A stretch of DNA of 14,899 nucleotides from a candidate division WOR-3 bacterium (GTDB taxonomy: Bacteria; Hydrothermota; UBA3072; B12-G15): the NCBI GenBank assembly GCA_965649055.1, contig CBFGJG010000045.1:1-14899 (forward strand). Reading direction: 5' to 3'. A program made the translations under genes and the position numbers. Positions 1-8,352 of the stretch are shown here, one piece after another; the stretch's first letter is position 1, and every line of letters starts with the position of its first letter. The notes below the pieces were generated by a model. That model worked only from the letters and a program-made list of their open reading frames with translations, was not told where the DNA came from and ran no database searches.

Positions 1-1
1 C

Positions 2-604
2 GAACTTTCAGGAATAGTTAATTTTCTTTCTAATTATGAAGGTGATTATGAAGCTGCCATACGTGGATACTGGGATTATCTTAAAGGAGAAGAGATAGAA
101 ATGAGTTTTCTCAATATGGTTAAATCTGTTTCACCCACTGCTGAATTAATCCATTACAATATCTTTAACCTGAACGATATTTCACTCCCGTTCAAATTAA
201 GGATTATTTATAAGATGGATGATTTGATAGAAAAGTCAGGTGATGTCTTATTACTGAAATTGCCTGAGATAGAACAAAGATATTCATTTAGAGAAATTGT
301 GCTTGAAAGAAGAAATTTCCCGCTTGTTTATGAGACATCTGAGATGATAACACACAGATTCTATATTGAGATTCCTTCAAATGTGAAGGTTTTAAGTGTT
401 CCTGATGAGATATCTATAGATGAAGGGAAGTTGAAATACAAAGGAAAATACACAATAAAAGATAATGTTTTGATATTTGAAGATTCATTCAAAAGATACG
501 ATAGAAAGATTCTTCCGGAAGAATATGAAAGATACAGAGATAATATCCTAAAGATAAAAAATTTCATAAGTAAACCTGTAATACTTGAAAAGAAAAGGGG
601 GTGA
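2..604 (+). CDS. 3' part of a DUF3857/transglutaminase-family protein (C-terminal DUF3858-like domain); 5'-truncated by the window edge
   Basis: The frame is open from base 2 (ELSGIVNFLSNYEGDYEAAIRGYWDYLKGEEIE-M101), so ATG101 is internal. The C-terminus (R-x-FPL...IEIP...VPD...ILPEEY..YRD...KPVILEK) parallels that of the next gene (RYYPF...IIFP...KPD...KEYPEYRE...KWIILER). Confidence 0.7.
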   Translation, partial: ELSGIVNFLSNYEGDYEAAIRGYWDYLKGEEIEMSFLNMVKSVSPTAELIHYNIFNLNDISLPFKLRIIYKMDDLIEKSGDVLLLKLPEIEQRYSFREIVLERRNFPLVYETSEMITHRFYIEIPSNVKVLSVPDEISIDEGKLKYKGKYTIKDNVLIFEDSFKRYDRKILPEEYERYRDNILKIKNFISKPVILEKKRG

Positions 605-608
605 AAAT

Positions 609-2612
609 ATGAAGAAGATATTTCTTATATTTTTGATTTCAGGATTTATTTCCTGCACAAAAAATATAAAGAGGACTGAATTTACAGATATCCTTTATCT
701 TAAAAATGGTGAAGAATATCTATGTAATGTTGAAAAGATTGATAAGGATAAAATTATCTTTATAACCTATGAAGGTAAAAAAGAAATAAAAATTAAAGAT
801 ATAAGCGGGATAGATTTTGGAAGGAAAAGGGAAGGTTCTCACTGGAAAACTATAAAAGATATAGATGATAAAATATTAAAAGAAGCAATAAAAACTGATT
901 TATCAGAGTTTCAGGGTTTAGGATACATAAACATATATTACGAAAGAATTCTGATTATCGATAAGGATTCAATTTATAAATACACAGTTAGAGTGATAAG
1001 GGGAATAGTTGATGAGAATGGAAGGGGAGCAGGAAATCTGTCTTTTTATTACAGAAAGAAATTCGAGAATATCTCCGTTGAATTCGGAAGGACAATAACA
1101 AAAGAGGGAGAAGTTATACACATAAGGGATAATGCTATTGAAGATGCATCCTACTATTCAAGATTTCCCCTGTATGAAAACATCCACGAGATGAAATTTG
1201 CATTAACAAAATGTCTACCGGGAAATTTCATAGATTTCAAGGTGAAGATAGAAGGAAAATTCTCTGATTTAAATCCATATATACTTGATGAAGTAATGGG
1301 TGATAAGGGATTAATATTAAAAGGAATATTCAAGATAATATACCCTGAAGAATTTAATGTGAACTATGAATATTTTAATACCGGTAAGCCAGTTTTAACA
1401 AAATATAATGGTAATGTTGAACTTTTATGGGAATTCAGTGAAATACCACCTTTGATAGAAGAACCAAATCTTCCACCCTATCAGTATTTCCTACCAAGGA
1501 TTGTTTTTTCTCTGAAATCTGATTGGAAGGAAGTCGCAAATAAATTTAAATCGAATATGAAAGGTGAAGTAAAGATAAACAATGATTTATTTGGAATATA
1601 CGGAGAGATTCTGAAAGGTATAAAATTTATTGATATTCCTTCTCTCCTGTCAAATGTTTTCCCTAATGATGCCAATGATATAATGAAAAACAAAATAGCG
1701 AATAGCCTTGATAAAAATTATATATTTTATCTTGCATTGAAGTCAAAAGGTCTTCCTGCTGATTTAATATTAGTGAGAAGCAGGGATTACGGTATTCTTG
1801 CTGAAAATGTCCCTACATTATTACAATTTGATGGTGCCTTGGTTTACCTTGATGGTAAATATTATGATCTGTCTTATGAGACAATGCCCTTTGGTTATAT
1901 CAGGAACCAGTACCAGGGAACGACAGGATTATCAGTTGAAAAAGGAGAACTGGTAAATGTTAATATAGTTCCACTTGAAGAACAGAAATCAGTGCTTGAA
2001 AGAGAGGTTAAATTATCTTCAAATGGTGATGCAACTATAAAAGATAGATGGAGTTTTAAAGGGGATGATGTCCTTTATTTCAGAGAACTCAGGAATTTAA
2101 AGAAGGAAGAGATGGATATATTTGTAAGGAGATTTATAAATAATTATGTTAAGGATGCGGAGATTCAGGATTATAAATTCTCATTCCTTGATACACTAAA
2201 TAATATCGTTCAGCTTGATGCTTCTTATAGGGTTAAGAATCTTGGAATAATACAGGGTAAATTTATGTTGTTGAATATTCCGGGTATTAACTATTCAGCA
2301 TATTCGGTTGGTAAACAGAACAGGTATTATCCGTTTTACCTGTCCAGTATTTCAAGGAGTGAGAACAGCATAAAGATTATATTCCCTAAGGAATATAAGT
2401 TAAAAGGAAAACCTGATGATATAACATTTAAGAAAGAAGGGTATTCTTTCATAGCAAGGATAAAGGAAAGTAAAGACTTCATAAATTATTATGATAGATT
2501 TGAGAATATTGTAAATATTATAAGTGTGAAAGAATATCCTGAATACAGGGAATGTGTTATGAATATGTCAAAGATACCATTAAAATGGATAATACTTGAG
2601 AGGGAAAAATGA
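609..2612 (+). CDS. Lipoprotein with DUF3857, transglutaminase-like (catalytically degenerate) and DUF3858-like domains
   Basis: ATG609 is preferred over the 585 start because of the GGGGGTG RBS and the lipoprotein signal MKKIFLIFLISGFIS-C. It has an N-terminal DILYLKNG small beta domain and DUF3857-like motifs (GRTITKEG, LPGNFIDF, EEPNLPP...PRIVFS). The TG-like core reads ANSLDK...LALKSKGLPA.LILVRS...P....FDGAL...YYDL. Confidence 0.75.
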   Translation: MKKIFLIFLISGFISCTKNIKRTEFTDILYLKNGEEYLCNVEKIDKDKIIFITYEGKKEIKIKDISGIDFGRKREGSHWKTIKDIDDKILKEAIKTDLSEFQGLGYINIYYERILIIDKDSIYKYTVRVIRGIVDENGRGAGNLSFYYRKKFENISVEFGRTITKEGEVIHIRDNAIEDASYYSRFPLYENIHEMKFALTKCLPGNFIDFKVKIEGKFSDLNPYILDEVMGDKGLILKGIFKIIYPEEFNVNYEYFNTGKPVLTKYNGNVELLWEFSEIPPLIEEPNLPPYQYFLPRIVFSLKSDWKEVANKFKSNMKGEVKINNDLFGIYGEILKGIKFIDIPSLLSNVFPNDANDIMKNKIANSLDKNYIFYLALKSKGLPADLILVRSRDYGILAENVPTLLQFDGALVYLDGKYYDLSYETMPFGYIRNQYQGTTGLSVEKGELVNVNIVPLEEQKSVLEREVKLSSNGDATIKDRWSFKGDDVLYFRELRNLKKEEMDIFVRRFINNYVKDAEIQDYKFSFLDTLNNIVQLDASYRVKNLGIIQGKFMLLNIPGINYSAYSVGKQNRYYPFYLSSISRSENSIKIIFPKEYKLKGKPDDITFKKEGYSFIARIKESKDFINYYDRFENIVNIISVKEYPEYRECVMNMSKIPLKWIILEREK

Positions 2613-5215
2613 TTTTTATAATCTTCTCATTTTACAATGAATTAAATGATATAAAGAAAATCTTTGGAACTGATAGTTTATTCTCATTCCAGAAACTTGA
2701 ATGGGATATATATACAAAATCATATCTACCAATCGTGAAGGAATTTATGGATGAGCCGTTAAAAGGAATAGATTGGTGTGAAAAGAAAAGAAAGGTAATT
2801 AAAAATGGTTATGTTGATTATTTCAATTCCTGTCTTGAAGATTTGAAGGTAAAGATAAAAAAGAGTGATTCTTTAAGTAAAAAAGAACCTATAGAATATA
2901 TTATTAATAATATTATTGATTGTAATAAAAAACTGAGAAAATCAATAAATCTGGATGAATACCAGATATCAAGAATAATCTTTGAAGCACCTGATTTCTT
3001 CAATGAAGATACAATTTTTAGATTCAAAGGTTCAATAAAATATAAGGAACCTGATACAACTATGAAATTCAGCCTTGATACATTGATTGATTGGTCTTCA
3101 AATGTTGATTTGAACTCAATCTATATTTATACATTAGATTTATTAAAACTTGCCAATGAATTCATTCTAATGAGAAAAGAAACCACACTTGTCTTAAAGA
3201 CTGAATGTGGTAATATCGCATTTGGCGGAAAAGGTGATGATATATATAAAGGTGATTATGCATTAATAGTTGACTATGGGGGAAATGACATTTATGAAGT
3301 TTCAGGTTCTCTGTTAAATATAAAAATGATAATAGATTTTGAAGGTGATGATTTTTATAAGAACGATGGTTTTTTGGGACCTGCTGGTTCAATACTTGGT
3401 ATAAATATCCTGATTGATTTATCAGGAAATGATGTTTATAGATGTGGTTCATTCAGTATGGGTTCTGGTTTCCTGGGTTCCGGAATCCTTATTGATAAAA
3501 AAGGTGATGATATATACGAAGGTCTATTGTTCAATACTGGCTCAGGTTATATGGGAATAGGTCTTTTATTTGATGAAGACGGAAATGACACATATAGAGG
3601 ATATGCATACACACAGGGATTTGCAGGTGTGCTTGGTTATGGTTCTTTGATAGATTTAAACGGAAACGATGTTTATTCATCAGGTGGATTATTCTTACAT
3701 AAGCCATTACTCCCAAACTCGTATTTTTCCTTTGCACAGGGTTATTCAATAGGTTCACGGCCTGATTATGGTGGTGGGATTGGCTTTCTTTATGATAAAA
3801 ACGGAAATGATTATTATAATGCAGGGACATATGCTCAGGGGTGTTCATATTGGTATTCAGCAGGTTTCCTTTTAGATGATGAAGGTGAGGATTTCTACAA
3901 TGCAATCCAGTATTCGCAGGGTGCCGGGATACACCTTTCTTATGGATTATTATATGATAAGAATGGAAATGATATTCATATATCAAGGCATGGTCCTTCA
4001 ATGGGTGAAGGGCACGATTTTGCTGTTGGTATATTAATAGATAGTTCTGGTAATGATAAATATTATGTGTCAGGTGGAATTGGTATAGGTTTAAACAATT
4101 CAGTTGGTCTATTTATCGATGCTTCAGGGAATGATGTTTATAATGTATCAGAAAAGATGGATGGAATCTACTTTGGGATAGGTGATGTAAATACAGGAAG
4201 AGGGTTTGAAGGTATTGGAATATTTTTAGACCTTGGAGGGAATGATGTTTATCCTGAAGGAAGATATAAGGACGATTTTATATGGTCAAGGGGAGTATAC
4301 GGAATAGGATGGGATAAGAATAGCGAGGTAAAAGAAGAATATATTAAACAACTTCCTTCACCTGATTTTAAAGATATGAAGATAGATGAAATCTTCAAGA
4401 TTGCATCTGAATGGGGTGTTGGTGAGAATCAGGAAAGGGTTAACAATGCAGTATCAGAACTTATAAGAAGAAATGAAGAAGCACTTGAATATATATTTAA
4501 GGAAAAGATTGGAACGAAGAATAGCCTTGAAATAAGGGCTATTGAGGAAGTCATAAAGAAAAATAAAGAGAAGGCAAAGGATTATATACTTAAATCATTA
4601 AGGAGCAATGACTGGATTGTCCGAAGAAATACATTAAACCTTATATATGCGACAGAATTAAAAGAAGCATCAGATATAATAAAAGAAGATATAAAGAAGA
4701 AAGATAACGAGAAGATATTAAGGACATATATATCAACACTCGGGAAATTGAAAGATGGAAGGGAAATAATTGAAGAATTTTTAAAAAGTAAAAATGAAGA
4801 TGTTCGAATAGTATCCTTACAGGCACTTGGTGAAATAAAAGATAAAAATTCGTTAAGGGTTATTTTGCCTTTATTGAAAGATAATATGACAACCGTTCGT
4901 TCTACTGCATTGCAAACCCTTGAAAAATATAGCATTGATATTCTTGATATACTTAAGGAAAATTATAAAAATTATCCTGAATTACTTTATGTTTCAGGTA
5001 AGATTATAAAAGATAAAAATGGTGATAAAGTGGATGAAATATTAAGAATACTTGTGAATTCAATTGAAGAAAAAGATGATAGGGTAAGATATTTTGCAGC
5101 ATTGGGGCTTTATTATTCCGAAAAAAATATTGCAAGAAATTTATTTGGTAATTATTATATAAAAGAAAATAACAAATTTATAAGGGATATTATGAAGAGG
5201 GAATTGAATGAATGA
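2609..5215 (+). CDS. Repeat protein: about 12-13 Gly-rich DxxG(N/D)DxY repeats (putative Ca-binding beta-solenoid) plus C-terminal HEAT repeats
   Basis: ATGA overlap with the upstream gene and a GAGAGGG RBS. Repeat units were read directly from the translation. HEAT-like segments include VRIVSLQALGEI, LLKD...VRSTALQTLE and DDRVRYFAALGL. Confidence 0.75.
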   Translation: MIFIIFSFYNELNDIKKIFGTDSLFSFQKLEWDIYTKSYLPIVKEFMDEPLKGIDWCEKKRKVIKNGYVDYFNSCLEDLKVKIKKSDSLSKKEPIEYIINNIIDCNKKLRKSINLDEYQISRIIFEAPDFFNEDTIFRFKGSIKYKEPDTTMKFSLDTLIDWSSNVDLNSIYIYTLDLLKLANEFILMRKETTLVLKTECGNIAFGGKGDDIYKGDYALIVDYGGNDIYEVSGSLLNIKMIIDFEGDDFYKNDGFLGPAGSILGINILIDLSGNDVYRCGSFSMGSGFLGSGILIDKKGDDIYEGLLFNTGSGYMGIGLLFDEDGNDTYRGYAYTQGFAGVLGYGSLIDLNGNDVYSSGGLFLHKPLLPNSYFSFAQGYSIGSRPDYGGGIGFLYDKNGNDYYNAGTYAQGCSYWYSAGFLLDDEGEDFYNAIQYSQGAGIHLSYGLLYDKNGNDIHISRHGPSMGEGHDFAVGILIDSSGNDKYYVSGGIGIGLNNSVGLFIDASGNDVYNVSEKMDGIYFGIGDVNTGRGFEGIGIFLDLGGNDVYPEGRYKDDFIWSRGVYGIGWDKNSEVKEEYIKQLPSPDFKDMKIDEIFKIASEWGVGENQERVNNAVSELIRRNEEALEYIFKEKIGTKNSLEIRAIEEVIKKNKEKAKDYILKSLRSNDWIVRRNTLNLIYATELKEASDIIKEDIKKKDNEKILRTYISTLGKLKDGREIIEEFLKSKNEDVRIVSLQALGEIKDKNSLRVILPLLKDNMTTVRSTALQTLEKYSIDILDILKENYKNYPELLYVSGKIIKDKNGDKVDEILRILVNSIEEKDDRVRYFAALGLYYSEKNIARNLFGNYYIKENNKFIRDIMKRELNE

Positions 5216-6947
5216 GGAAAAAAACTTTTTAAGGTCACAGAGTTTTCTTTTCAGTGCTTTGAAACTGCTTTCAGAAGCAGTTGATGCAAAAGACCAGTAT
5301 ACGAAAGGTCATTCCATCAGGGTTAAACTATATTCCCTTTTAATAGGTGAGAAAATTAAACTTGATAAGAAAAATATGACAATATTATCGTTTGCTTCTG
5401 AACTTCATGATATTGGGAAGATAAAGATAATTGATGAGATTCTAAAAAAACCAGGCACATTAACAGCAGATGAAAGGCTTGAGATTTACAGACATCCAAT
5501 CTACTCTATTGAAATAATAGGAGATATCCCATTCCTTGAAGAGGTGAAAAATGTCATAATGAGCCATCATGAATTCTACGATGGTTCAGGTTATCCACTA
5601 TCTATATCAGGTGAAAAAATACCTCTTCTTTCAAGGATTATAACAGTTGCAGATGTCTTTGACGCAATGACATCAAAAAGGGTTTATAGAAGAAGGTCAT
5701 ATTCAGATAAAGAGACACTTAACTTTTTAAAGAGAAATGCAGGGAAACTTTTTGATAAAAAAGTTGTTGATGCATTCATCTCCTGTTACAATGAAGGACA
5801 GATTTTCTTTGCCCGTGGTGAATATTATATGGCTATACAGAGATTCGAAGATTCACTGAAAGAATACAAAAAAGCAATTGAAAAATTAAAAGAAAGAGAA
5901 AAGATTTATCTTGCATATTTAAGAATTTCAGAGATATACAACAGATGGAGGGATTTTGATAACGCGATTTTCTATCTTAAAAAAGGTTTGAAAAAAGATA
6001 ATCCATATCTTAAAAACTATTATGTTGAACTATCTTCAAGCTATTATTATCAGGATAATATGGAAATGATGAATAAATATGTTGAAAAGGCTATAAATGA
6101 AGAATTACCATTTGACCAGTATTTAAGGACTATAAAGCATAAAATAATATATTTACATAGAAAAGGAAATCCGCAGGAAGCACTTGAACTTTATAGAATG
6201 CTTGAACAGAAAATGCTTGATTATCAAATTAACCTTGAAAAAAGAATAATAAAATTTGAATCACTTGGAGAAGAAACGATTGAGAATTTCAAGATAGAAG
6301 TTGAAAGATCACATATATACGATTATGTTGCAAGGATAATGAAAGACCTTGGATATCTGAATGAAGCGGAAATGCTATTTGAAAAAAGTATTGAGATAAA
6401 GACATTGCATGGAGATTTCCTTGGAAAGGCGTTGAGCCTCGGTGGACTGATTGATATATACATGATATTAAAGGATTACAAAAAGGCTAAGGATGTGGCA
6501 CTCGAAGCACTGACAATCTCGAGGTTAATAAAAAACACAATCGGTATAATATTAATTAATATAAAACTTCTTGAGATATATTCTCATCTTAAAGATAAAG
6601 AAAATGCAAAAAAATGCCTTACAAATTTACAATTCAGGATAAAGAAAATAGAAAGTTTAAATTATGAATATAGATTCTTTTATGTTAAAGGTATATATTT
6701 CTACGAATTTGGTGAGATTGATAAAGCGATAGAAAATTTTAAATTTGTCTTCAAATTAACAAAGAATAAAGTATGGAAGGCTTTCGCCCATAATTATCTT
6801 GGTTTGTGTTATTTCAATATTGATAAGAAGCTTGCTATAAAACATTTTCAATCTGCATTGAAGATATTTGAAGAATTTTCTATGAAATATATATCCGCAA
6901 ATATTGAAGATTTAATAGAAACATTAAAAAAGGGAAATTATGATTAA
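5208..6947 (+). CDS. HD-GYP cyclic-dinucleotide phosphodiesterase domain plus C-terminal TPR array
   Basis: Motifs DAKD.YT.GHS.RV, LHDIGK, HP, HHE.YDGSGYP and RII.VADVFDAMTS.R.YR are present. The rest is TPR-like (e.g. AFAHNYLGLCY...AIKHFQSAL, A.SLGGL..IY....DYKKA). Confidence 0.88.
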   Translation: MNEEKNFLRSQSFLFSALKLLSEAVDAKDQYTKGHSIRVKLYSLLIGEKIKLDKKNMTILSFASELHDIGKIKIIDEILKKPGTLTADERLEIYRHPIYSIEIIGDIPFLEEVKNVIMSHHEFYDGSGYPLSISGEKIPLLSRIITVADVFDAMTSKRVYRRRSYSDKETLNFLKRNAGKLFDKKVVDAFISCYNEGQIFFARGEYYMAIQRFEDSLKEYKKAIEKLKEREKIYLAYLRISEIYNRWRDFDNAIFYLKKGLKKDNPYLKNYYVELSSSYYYQDNMEMMNKYVEKAINEELPFDQYLRTIKHKIIYLHRKGNPQEALELYRMLEQKMLDYQINLEKRIIKFESLGEETIENFKIEVERSHIYDYVARIMKDLGYLNEAEMLFEKSIEIKTLHGDFLGKALSLGGLIDIYMILKDYKKAKDVALEALTISRLIKNTIGIILINIKLLEIYSHLKDKENAKKCLTNLQFRIKKIESLNYEYRFFYVKGIYFYEFGEIDKAIENFKFVFKLTKNKVWKAFAHNYLGLCYFNIDKKLAIKHFQSALKIFEEFSMKYISANIEDLIETLKKGNYD

Positions 6948-8280
6948 ATTAAAAAATTGTTATATAATAGGAACTTTCAATGAAAAAATGGAAGAATTAA
7001 AAGGATATGATATATTAATTGAAGGGAATATTATAAAAAAGATAGAAAAAAATATAGCTGTAAAGGATTGTGAAGTGATAGATTGTTCAAACTCCCTTGT
7101 TATTCCAGGTATGTTCAATCTACATCATCATTTCATACAAATCTTAACACGGAATTTAAAGGAAACACAGGATGCAAAATTATTCGACTGGTTAACCACT
7201 TTATACCCGGTGTGGGCAAAGATTGATGAAGATGCAATCTACTGGTCAAGTATATGTGCAATGGCTGAACTTATAAAAACAGGTGCAACAACCACAGTTG
7301 ACCACCATTACCTCTATCCTGACACAATAAAGGGGAATGTAGTTGGTATACAGATAGAAGCTGCAAGGAAGATAGGAATGAGATTTAACCCTATAAGAGG
7401 TTTTATGGATAAAGGAAAATCAAAAGGTGGTCTTCCACCTGATAATGTTGTTCAGGATAAAGATACCATAATTAAAGATATACTATATTCGATTGAGAAA
7501 TATCATAATAATGAACCTTTATCTATGTGTAAGATTCTTGTTGGGCCATGCAGTCCTTTCAGCGTTTCAGATGATTTGATGAAGGAAACATTAAAGATAG
7601 CAAGGAAATATAAGGTCAAACTTCATACACATCTTGCAGAGACAATGGATGAGGTTTTATATTGTAAAAAAGAATATAAAAGAACACCCACAGAATTTAT
7701 GGAAGATATAGGATTCCTTGGTGAAGATGTATCTCTTGTTCATAGTATATATCTTAATGAAGGTGATTTAAGAATAATCAAAAAAAGCAAATCAAATATT
7801 ATCCATTGCCCAACCTCAAATATGAGGCTTGGTTCAGGTATAGCAAGGATAAAAGAAATGAAGGATAAGAAAATTAAAGTGGGTTTAGGTGTGGATGGCT
7901 CTTCATCAAATGATTCATCTGATATGCTCGGTGAAGTGAGGAACTGTTTATTATTACAGAGGGTTAGATACGGTGCAGATGCAATAACGGCAAGGGAGGC
8001 ATTAACATTTGCTACAAGGAATGGTGCTGATATACTTGGTTATAAAATGCTTGGAAGTATTGAAGAAGGGAAAGGTGCTGATTTAGTTATTATAAATCTG
8101 GATAAACTGCAATATGCAGGTGCTTTATCTGACCCTATATCTGCGATTGTATTCACAGGATATAATCATGAGGTCGATTATGTAATTATAGATGGAAAGA
8201 TAGTCCTTGAGAAAGGAAGATTGAAGAATATCGATGAAGATGAAATTTTAAGAGAAATTAGAAAAATCAATCTATCTTGA
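6940..8280 (+). CDS. 8-oxoguanine deaminase-like metal-dependent amidohydrolase (AtzB/TRZ-ATZ family)
   Basis: Motifs PG..N.HHH..Q.LTR, LFDWL..LYPVW, DHHY.YP, PCSPFSVS, HTHLAE, HCP.SNMRLGSG and GLGVDGS.SND match the 8-oxoguanine deaminase subfamily pattern. Confidence 0.82.
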   Translation: MIKLKNCYIIGTFNEKMEELKGYDILIEGNIIKKIEKNIAVKDCEVIDCSNSLVIPGMFNLHHHFIQILTRNLKETQDAKLFDWLTTLYPVWAKIDEDAIYWSSICAMAELIKTGATTTVDHHYLYPDTIKGNVVGIQIEAARKIGMRFNPIRGFMDKGKSKGGLPPDNVVQDKDTIIKDILYSIEKYHNNEPLSMCKILVGPCSPFSVSDDLMKETLKIARKYKVKLHTHLAETMDEVLYCKKEYKRTPTEFMEDIGFLGEDVSLVHSIYLNEGDLRIIKKSKSNIIHCPTSNMRLGSGIARIKEMKDKKIKVGLGVDGSSSNDSSDMLGEVRNCLLLQRVRYGADAITAREALTFATRNGADILGYKMLGSIEEGKGADLVIINLDKLQYAGALSDPISAIVFTGYNHEVDYVIIDGKIVLEKGRLKNIDEDEILREIRKINLS

Positions 8281-8296
8281 TAATATTCAAATATTC

Positions 8297-8352
8297 GGTA
8301 ACCGTAACCTTTAGGTTGCGCTATCTTTACGCAGGCTAAGTCTGTGGCTACC
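8297..8352. repeat. Degenerate inverted REP-like doublet (GTAG-type, REPIN-like)
   Basis: Left unit GGTAACCGTAACCTTTAGGTTGCG (8297-8320) contains the hairpin CGTAACC-TTTA-GGTTGCG. After a 9-bp spacer, the right unit reads GGTAGCCACAGACTTAGCCTGCG on the - strand (8352-8330). The element is GC-rich relative to its surroundings and is flanked by ATAATATTCA copies at 8280-8289 and 8353-8362. Confidence 0.6.

Noticed and set aside
585..608. Upstream start for the 675-aa ORF
   Set aside because: ATG609 has a strong RBS and gives a canonical lipoprotein signal peptide.
3224..4252. DNA-level tandem repeat, CRISPR array or DGR template from recurring GGAAATGA-like words
   Set aside because: The recurrence follows the protein GND repeat with synonymous variation. 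There are no identical spaced repeats and no cas or reverse transcriptase gene.
8303..8328. Classical Rho-independent terminator between the convergent operons
   Set aside because: The hairpin exists but the U-tract is poor (CTATCTTT). It is better explained as part of the REP-like doublet.
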